The notes under the pieces: generated by a model
What the model was told of the DNA's origin: nothing
Seen by the model: only the letters and a program-made list of their open reading frames with translations
The model's database searches: none
Assembly: GCA_040218735.1 (NCBI GenBank)
Contig: JAVJQW010000062.1
Span: 128,001 to 192,000 of the forward strand
Direction: 5' to 3'
Origin: Deltaproteobacteria bacterium
Lineage (GTDB): Bacteria; Myxococcota; Kuafuiibacteriia; Kuafuiibacteriales; Kuafuiibacteriaceae
DNA: 64,000 nucleotides
Shown here: piece by piece, positions 57,805-64,000 of the stretch
Layout of the letters: each line of letters begins with the position of its first letter
Position numbering within the stretch: position 1 is the stretch's first letter
Translations under genes and position numbers: made by a program

Positions 57805-59777
57805 GAGTGCGCGCTGCGCCGCGACGCGATCCACGCATCGACGACCGACCTACGGATCGGCTTCGACAGCGAGGGTGCGTTCGTCTGGGCCAAGCGGGTC
57901 GCAACGTCGGGGAGAAGGACACCCGCCGTCAAGAACGTGAGCCGCTCCAGGTCGGACGGGCGCGCGGTTTCGAGGTGGGTGTGGAGCGCCAGTCCGGCGC
58001 CGCCGTCCCCCTCGAGGTCACTCAGTATCAAGTCGAACTGCGGCGCCGTCTCGACCAGCTCGATCGCAGACGCGAGATCACCGACACCCGTGAAGTCGTG
58101 GCCTTCGAGCACACTCGCGAGGCAGCGCAGCGAACCGGCGTCCCCGGAGAAGGCGAGGATGCGGGCCGGGCCCGGGGCGACGTCGTCGCGCGCCGCGGGC
58201 AACGAGAGCGTAAAACATGCGCCGCCGAGGTCACCGGTTTCACAGGTCACGGTGCCGTCGTGGTCGACGACGATGGCGCGGGCCACGGCGAGCCCCAGTC
58301 CGGTGCCCTCCCCCACCGCGCGCGTCGTGAAGAACGGGTCGAAGATCCGCGACCGCAGCTCCGGCGGAACCCCGGGACCACTGTCCTCGACACGCAGCTC
58401 GACGAAGCCGTCCAGCGGACCCGCGTGCACACGAATGACGCCCGCCCCCGTGGTCTGGCCGACGGCCTGCATCGCATTGGCCAGGAGGTTCACGAGCACC
58501 TGCTGCAGCTTGCCCTCGTTCCCGCGGATCTGCGGCGTGTCCTCGTCGATGGAGACTTCGACGCGGACGGAGCGCCCCGCACTTCGGGCGAGGCCCAACG
58601 CGCCCTCCACGAGCCTCGGGACGTCCACCTGAGACCACGCGTCGAGCGGCTGGGCCATCGCGTTGACGGTGCCGAGGATCTTCCGCACGCGAAGGGCCCC
58701 GTCGCTCGCGTCCTGGAGCATCGCTTCGAGATCCGACGCAACCTCGGGGGGCATCGACGACGCCTCGTGCTCCACGAGCTCGCGCATCAGCTCGAGGTTC
58801 GCCACCAGGTACGCGAGTGGGTTGTTGAGCTCGTGGGCGATCGAAGCGGCCATCGTTCCGAGGCTCGCGAGGCGATCGGCCTCGATCAGGCTCGCCTGGC
58901 GGGCCAGGCGCTCGGTGACGTCGCGGAGCATGGTGATCGTCCGGACCCGGCCGTCGAACTGCGCAGCGACGTCGATGATCTCCATGCGCGAGTGCCCCCG
59001 CTCCGGGACCGCCAACTCCAGCACGATCGGTGCCTGGACCTGACGTGTGCGCCGCACGTCCTCCCAGCGCGCGCGCGCGAGCGCGGCGGACGCGGGCGTG
59101 AACCACGCGCCGAGCGCGACCGATGCCCCCTGCGCACCGAACAGCTCCGCTGCCTTGGGGTTGACGTAGACGATCGCGCCGTCGTCGTGCACGACGACCG
59201 CGTCCGGCGAACGCTCGATGATCGCGCGGAAGCTCGCCGCGGACTGAGCGAGATCGTCGACGCGGTTGGCGTCGTCGGTGACGTCGATGAAGACGGCCAC
59301 GCACTGCGGCCCCACCTCGGGATCGAATGCGACACGCCGTACGAAGGTCCGCAGGCGCCGCTCGGTGCCCCGCGCCGGCGTGAAATCGAGGATTCCGTCC
59401 ACGGTCTCGCCGAGCGCAAACGCGTGCTGAAGCAGCGTCACGAAGCGTCGGCGACCGTCCGGATCGAGGTGCGGTAGCAGCGGCAGGCCCTCGACATGCG
59501 CCCGAGATGCCCCGAGGAGCTCGAGGAACAGATCGTTGGCCGACTGAACACGCCCCACACCGTCGAGCACCGCGATCCCGACCGGCGCGTGCCCGAGGAT
59601 CCGTTGTTCGGCGTCGGTGTCGTCACGGCTCGCGAGCTCGTCGTGCCACGCCTGGAGCGCCGCCATCACGCGGTGCTCCGGCTCGGCCAGGAGCTGGATG
59701 AGCCGTCGCCGCGTCCTCTCACTCTCCGATTCGGCGGTCCCGACGAAGTCTCGCGAAGGCCCAGGCGCCTCGGTCAC
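57801..59777 (-). CDS. PAS-PAS histidine kinase with degenerate receiver
   Basis: AHELNNP, NLLANA, DSGPG, FFTT, GTGLGL. Start and stop both overlap the neighbouring genes. Confidence 0.9.
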   Translation of the reverse strand: MTEAPGPSRDFVGTAESESERTRRRLIQLLAEPEHRVMAALQAWHDELASRDDTDAEQRILGHAPVGIAVLDGVGRVQSANDLFLELLGASRAHVEGLPLLPHLDPDGRRRFVTLLQHAFALGETVDGILDFTPARGTERRLRTFVRRVAFDPEVGPQCVAVFIDVTDDANRVDDLAQSAASFRAIIERSPDAVVVHDDGAIVYVNPKAAELFGAQGASVALGAWFTPASAALARARWEDVRRTRQVQAPIVLELAVPERGHSRMEIIDVAAQFDGRVRTITMLRDVTERLARQASLIEADRLASLGTMAASIAHELNNPLAYLVANLELMRELVEHEASSMPPEVASDLEAMLQDASDGALRVRKILGTVNAMAQPLDAWSQVDVPRLVEGALGLARSAGRSVRVEVSIDEDTPQIRGNEGKLQQVLVNLLANAMQAVGQTTGAGVIRVHAGPLDGFVELRVEDSGPGVPPELRSRIFDPFFTTRAVGEGTGLGLAVARAIVVDHDGTVTCETGDLGGACFTLSLPAARDDVAPGPARILAFSGDAGSLRCLASVLEGHDFTGVGDLASAIELVETAPQFDLILSDLEGDGGAGLALHTHLETARPSDLERLTFLTAGVLLPDVATRLAQTNAPSLSKPIRRSVVDAWIASRRSAHS

Positions 59778-62224
59778 GCGTCGCGCTCCTCGATCGGCGA
59801 CGTCGCCACGATGACCCCGGACGGACGCTCGTCGTGGAAGGTGCAGCTGACCTCGACGGCGTACGACTGCCCTGGGGTGTCGAGCTGGCGGCGAACGCGC
59901 TGATGACTCTTCAGCACGGTTCGAACGTCGTCCGCGAGACAACGCATCGCCGGGTGCCACGCGAGGTCGTCGATCGGGACGCCGAGATCACTGTCGACGA
60001 GGTGAGCGACCAGCGAAGTGCCGGGGTGGTAGCGGCGGAGCCGCAGCTCGACGTCGAACACCACGAAGCCGAACCCCGCCGCCAAAGTGATCGCCCGAAG
60101 GTCGGACTCGAGCGCCGCCATCTCGACCACACGCTCTTGGTAGTCCGCGTTGACCGAAAACAGCTCTTCGCTCAGCGCACCTGTGCGTTCGACCTGTGCG
60201 CGCGTCGCGTCGTCGGAGCGCGTCAGCTGCTGCTGCGTCACGACGAGCTCCTGAGCGAGCGTCTCCGCCTCCTCTTGCGCGGCGCGTGTCTGCTCGCGCT
60301 GGGCCGCGAGCTCGGTTTCGAGCTGGAGGATCCGGTCCGCCTCGGAGATCTCCACGAGCATCGGCTCGCGCGTGCTCACCGTGTCGGTTGTGAACGTGAT
60401 GAGGAAGCCCGGGTGTTCGGCGCCGACGTCGAGCAGATCGATCTGCATCGCGTGCGTCGCGTCTTCGATGCGCGCGGGCTCACCGGTGCGTTCGACGACG
60501 GCGGCGGCATTCGCAAGCCGGGCGGACACTGACGCCGGGAGCATCTCGAGCAGGTTGGCATGCAGCGCGCCCTGTGGATGCGTGAGCCGATCGCCCGCGT
60601 CCCCGAAGATGTGCAAGAGCCCGAGGTCCGCGTCGACCGCGATGCACGGCGGCGCGTACCGCTCGAGGACGGCGCGCTCCACCCCCCGCACCCGCTCCTG
60701 CGCCGTGCGCTCCGCGGCGGCCTGATACGACTCCCGCATCAGCGGCGCGATCTTCAGCGGGGCCTTCGTGGAGGGCTTGCGCGCTCGGCCCTCTCGCCCT
60801 CGGTAGAGGCGCCAGCGCGCATCGAGCGCGGAGAACTGCGGCGCGGAGGCGCCGAGCGACTCCCCCGGCCCGAGGAACAAGTACCCCTGCTCGTGCAGCC
60901 CGAACTCGAACCGGTGGCGCACCTCGTCCTGCACCTTGTCATCGAGATAGATGAGGAGGTTGCGGCAGACGATCAGATCCATCCGCGCGAACGGCGGGTC
61001 CGTCACCACGTTGTGGCGCGCGAAGGTGATCCGCTCGCGCAGCCCACGCCGAACGCTCCAACCCGGACCGCGAGCTTCGAAGTAGCGCTTCTGGATGTCG
61101 TCGGGGACGACGCCGACGACGTCCGCGTCCGCGTACCGCGCGTGACTGGCGACGGTCAGGGCGGTCGCGTCGAGGTCGGTCGCGAACATCTGGAAGTCGA
61201 CCGTCGGGCGATCGCGGAGGAGATGGTCCAACAACATCGCCGTCGAGTAGGCGTCCTCGCCCGTTCCGCAGGCCGCCACCCAGACCCGGATCTTCGAGTG
61301 ATCGAGCGCCGTGTCGACCAGCGGCCGAAGTGCCTTCTCCTCCAGCGCCGTCCAAGCGTCGAAGTCGCGAAAGAACCGCGTGACCCGAACCAGGAGGTGC
61401 TTCGAAAGCGCCTCGAGCTCCGACGGGAACCGTTCGACGTAGTCGAGGTACGCGTCGATGTCCTCGCAGCCGAGGAGCGCCAGGCGTCGACGCACGCGGC
61501 TGTGGAGCGCGCTGCTCGCGTACCACCGGAAGTCGAGCCCCGTCTTGGCCTCGACGGCGTCGTGCAGCCGCGTCAGCCCGTCCGTGCCGAGGTGAGGCTC
61601 GTTGACGAGGTGCGCGAGAGGGGCATCGTCCGCCACGGCACGCAGCAGCGCGGTGACCAGCTCGTTCGGATCGTGGACCGAGTCGGCGAGCTCCGCACGC
61701 ACCGTCGCCGCGGGCAGGTTCGAGTAGTCCGACGACGCCGGTGACTGCACGCAGACCCGCCCCCCGGCCGCGCGCACGCTCTGCAACCCAGCTTGCGCGC
61801 GCGCCTTCGCCCCGGACAGCACAAACGTGATCGTGCGGCGGCCCGCAGCCTCCGCCGTGGAGTGCAGCAACACGTCCATCGGGTCCGCCGAGGCGGCTGA
61901 CGTCGGCTCGAGCCTCAGCTGGCGCCCTTCCACGCGCGCGGTCATGTCCGACGGGATGACGTGGACGCGATCCGGCTCGATCGACGTGCCGTCCTCCACA
62001 TCGACGATCGGCAGCGTCAGGTGCTGAGCGAGGAGCCCGCTGAGACGACTCGCGCGGCCCTCGGCGACGTGACGATAGACGATGAACGCCGCGCCGACAC
62101 CGACCGGAACGTGGCCGAGGAACGTACGCAGCGGGTCGAGGCCGCCTTCGGCCGCGAGGACGGGGACGGTCCAGAACGGAAGCTCGGGCTCGGCGGTGGC
62201 ATCGGCACGAATGTCCCCCGTCAC
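59774..62224 (-). CDS. Second CheB-CheR fusion with degenerate CheB domain
   Basis: CheR motifs VTRFFRD, ACGTGEDAY, FATD and VCRNLLIY are intact; the CheB positions read AAEGG and LSGAKARA. Start uncertain (62224 or 62260). Confidence 0.85.
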   Translation of the reverse strand: MTGDIRADATAEPELPFWTVPVLAAEGGLDPLRTFLGHVPVGVGAAFIVYRHVAEGRASRLSGLLAQHLTLPIVDVEDGTSIEPDRVHVIPSDMTARVEGRQLRLEPTSAASADPMDVLLHSTAEAAGRRTITFVLSGAKARAQAGLQSVRAAGGRVCVQSPASSDYSNLPAATVRAELADSVHDPNELVTALLRAVADDAPLAHLVNEPHLGTDGLTRLHDAVEAKTGLDFRWYASSALHSRVRRRLALLGCEDIDAYLDYVERFPSELEALSKHLLVRVTRFFRDFDAWTALEEKALRPLVDTALDHSKIRVWVAACGTGEDAYSTAMLLDHLLRDRPTVDFQMFATDLDATALTVASHARYADADVVGVVPDDIQKRYFEARGPGWSVRRGLRERITFARHNVVTDPPFARMDLIVCRNLLIYLDDKVQDEVRHRFEFGLHEQGYLFLGPGESLGASAPQFSALDARWRLYRGREGRARKPSTKAPLKIAPLMRESYQAAAERTAQERVRGVERAVLERYAPPCIAVDADLGLLHIFGDAGDRLTHPQGALHANLLEMLPASVSARLANAAAVVERTGEPARIEDATHAMQIDLLDVGAEHPGFLITFTTDTVSTREPMLVEISEADRILQLETELAAQREQTRAAQEEAETLAQELVVTQQQLTRSDDATRAQVERTGALSEELFSVNADYQERVVEMAALESDLRAITLAAGFGFVVFDVELRLRRYHPGTSLVAHLVDSDLGVPIDDLAWHPAMRCLADDVRTVLKSHQRVRRQLDTPGQSYAVEVSCTFHDERPSGVIVATSPIEERDA

Positions 62225-62358
62225 CGCGCATTTATCGCACGGTGGAACCACCGCCAGCAATGTGAGTCCCTGGCACTTGTGCAGACCGTGCGCGCAGGAT
62301 TGCGTACCCGACGCCCCGCCCGTTCCGTTCCGACCCGCGATCCGGTAAGGAGTCGTCC

Positions 62359-63135
62359 GTGGTCTACCCCAACTCGCCGTTCGACACGCCCAACGCCGAC
62401 CTCGACACGCCGCGTACGGCGAGCGCTCCGAACACCAACGGACGCGAAGCGATGGCCTACATGGACGCCTTCTCGTCGTTCTTCAAGCTCGAGGGCTGGG
62501 GCAAGAGCCTCGCGTTCCTCGCGCTGTGCTCGCTGATCCCGATTGTCGGCGTCATCGTGATGATCGGCTTCTTCTCCACCCAGTTCGTGCGCCAGCACTA
62601 CAACGGGGACGAAGACCTCATGGAGTTCTCCTTCGACAAGTTCGGAGACTTCCTCGGCCGCGGCGTCTGGCCGTTCCTGATGGGCTTCATCATCACGTTC
62701 GCGATGATCCCGATCTACGCCGTGTACTTCGGGGCCATCGCCATCTCCGCGAACATCTCGGAGACCATGGCCGCGATCGTCGCCGCCGGCGGCGGCCTGC
62801 TCTTCATCGTCGTGCTCTTCGGCCTCGGGTTCCTCTCCCAGCCGATGTTCCTCAAGGCGATGCTGACCCAGCAGATCGGCGGCGCCTTCGACTTCAGCCT
62901 CGCCAAGGACTTCGTCGCGAAGATGTGGCTCGAGATGCTGCTCGGCGGCCTGTTCATCATGGGCATCTCCATCCCGCTGGTCCTCCTCGGCTACCTGGCC
63001 TGCGGCATCGGCCTGTACGCCGCGATTCCCCTCCAGTACTGGACGGTCTTCCAGATCCAGCGGCAGCTCTACGAGGTCTACCTGTTCCGCGGGGGCACGC
63101 CGATCGAGATCTCCGAGCAGTTGGTCCCCGAATAG
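62359..63135 (+). CDS. DUF4013-like membrane protein
   Basis: RBS TAAGGAG, LIPIVGVIVMIG motif, several TM helices. Confidence 0.7.
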   Translation: MVYPNSPFDTPNADLDTPRTASAPNTNGREAMAYMDAFSSFFKLEGWGKSLAFLALCSLIPIVGVIVMIGFFSTQFVRQHYNGDEDLMEFSFDKFGDFLGRGVWPFLMGFIITFAMIPIYAVYFGAIAISANISETMAAIVAAGGGLLFIVVLFGLGFLSQPMFLKAMLTQQIGGAFDFSLAKDFVAKMWLEMLLGGLFIMGISIPLVLLGYLACGIGLYAAIPLQYWTVFQIQRQLYEVYLFRGGTPIEISEQLVPE

Positions 63136-63176
63136 GGAATTTGCGCTTCGGCCCGAGGCCGATTAACAAAAACGGC

Positions 63177-63950
63177 GTGATTCTGTCGTTCGTGAACGTG
63201 AAAGGTGGCGTCGGCAAGACGACCACCGCCGTGAACCTCTCCGCGGTCTTCGGGCAAGCGCGCCTCAAGACGCTGCTCGTGGATCTCGATCCGCAGGCGT
63301 CGGCCACGTACGCGCTCGGCTTCCCGGCGGACAGCAAGGGCACCAAGATCAAGGATGTCCTGCTCGACGACGCGCCGGCGAGCGAGGCGATCGTCGAGAC
63401 GTCGGTCAAGAACGTCGACCTCATGCGCGGCGATCTCGGCATGGCCGCGGCGGACCTGGCGCTCGCACGCAAGAAGGACCCGGCGACCCGGCTCCTCAAG
63501 ATCCTCGAGCCGCTCGAGGAGACGTACCACGCCATCTTGGTCGACAGCCCCGCGGGCCTGTCGCTCCTGTCGCTGATGGCGCTGCACGCCTGCTCCGCGT
63601 ACGTCGTGCCCACGACACCGCATCACCTCGCGCTCGACGCGCTCGAGCGCTTCTTCGACGGCGTCAAAGCGCTCAAGAGCGACATCATGAAGACCCCGCG
63701 TCTGCTCGGCGTCGCGCTCACGATGGTCGATCGCCGCACGAACCTCGCGGAGGAGCTGATTTCGGAGCTGCGCGCCGAGTACAAACAGGACGTCTTCCGC
63801 ACCGAGATCCCCGTGAACGTCCGCCTCGCCGAAGCCTCCGGGTACGGCACGACGATCTTCGACTACGAGCCCGGCTCGTCCGGCGCCGCCGCGTACCGGC
63901 GCCTCGGCGCGGAGGTCCTCCGCCGCCTCCGCGAAAAGAAGCTCGTCTGA
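63177..63950 (+). CDS. ParA/Soj family ATPase
   Basis: NVKGGVGKTTTAVNL, VDLDPQASAT, VDSPA, NVRLAEA..G. Start reassigned to GTG 63177. Confidence 0.92.
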   Translation: MILSFVNVKGGVGKTTTAVNLSAVFGQARLKTLLVDLDPQASATYALGFPADSKGTKIKDVLLDDAPASEAIVETSVKNVDLMRGDLGMAAADLALARKKDPATRLLKILEPLEETYHAILVDSPAGLSLLSLMALHACSAYVVPTTPHHLALDALERFFDGVKALKSDIMKTPRLLGVALTMVDRRTNLAEELISELRAEYKQDVFRTEIPVNVRLAEASGYGTTIFDYEPGSSGAAAYRRLGAEVLRRLREKKLV

Positions 63951-64000
63951 GACGCGTGTCCCGCTGCCGCGGTGTCGTGGCATCTGAGGGCGTTGACTAC

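Noticed and set aside
63177-63950. ParA as evidence of a plasmid or origin region
   Set aside because: No parB, parS or rep is visible, the window ends 50 nt later, and orphan ParA genes are common.

Overview
High-GC bacterial DNA, most likely a myxobacterium (Myxococcota). This is inferred from the Cys-rich and Gly-rich lipoproteins, PEGA/TPR proteins, a Ser/Thr kinase, Myxococcus-type cysteine-rich repeats and sigma54 regulation. The window has about 50 genes and no rRNA, tRNA, CRISPR array, transposase or prophage that I can recognise. Housekeeping genes include rne/rng, guaB, dapF, kbl, kdsD, rpmG, selD, sppA, cutA and a ParA-family gene. Accessory content includes a DUF58-transglutaminase-MoxR-TPR-M6 protease cluster, a hybrid kinase, two CheB-CheR fusions, an orphan GspE/PilB ATPase and a large surface lipoprotein. 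The signals not explained by the ORF track are as follows. (1) A consensus sigma54 promoter at 34690-34705, divergent from an enhancer-binding-protein gene, fires into a gene-free, structured, U-tailed stretch of about 140 nt, a candidate sRNA. (2) Two copies of a ~200-bp multi-stem inverted-repeat element with hexamer-repeat arms lie between convergent genes (44936-45127, 54673-54879). (3) selD contains an in-frame UGA (selenocysteine) with a SECIS-like hairpin and follows a DUF2064/TIGR04282-like transferase. (4) A sigma54-driven 383-aa orphan protein has a C-terminus resembling type III secretion needle/rod helices. (5) A KDPG-aldolase is fused to a molybdopterin-oxidoreductase-like domain. 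(6) TPR/PEGA genes recur with translationally coupled lipoprotein genes. All family assignments come from motif recognition by eye, not database searches.
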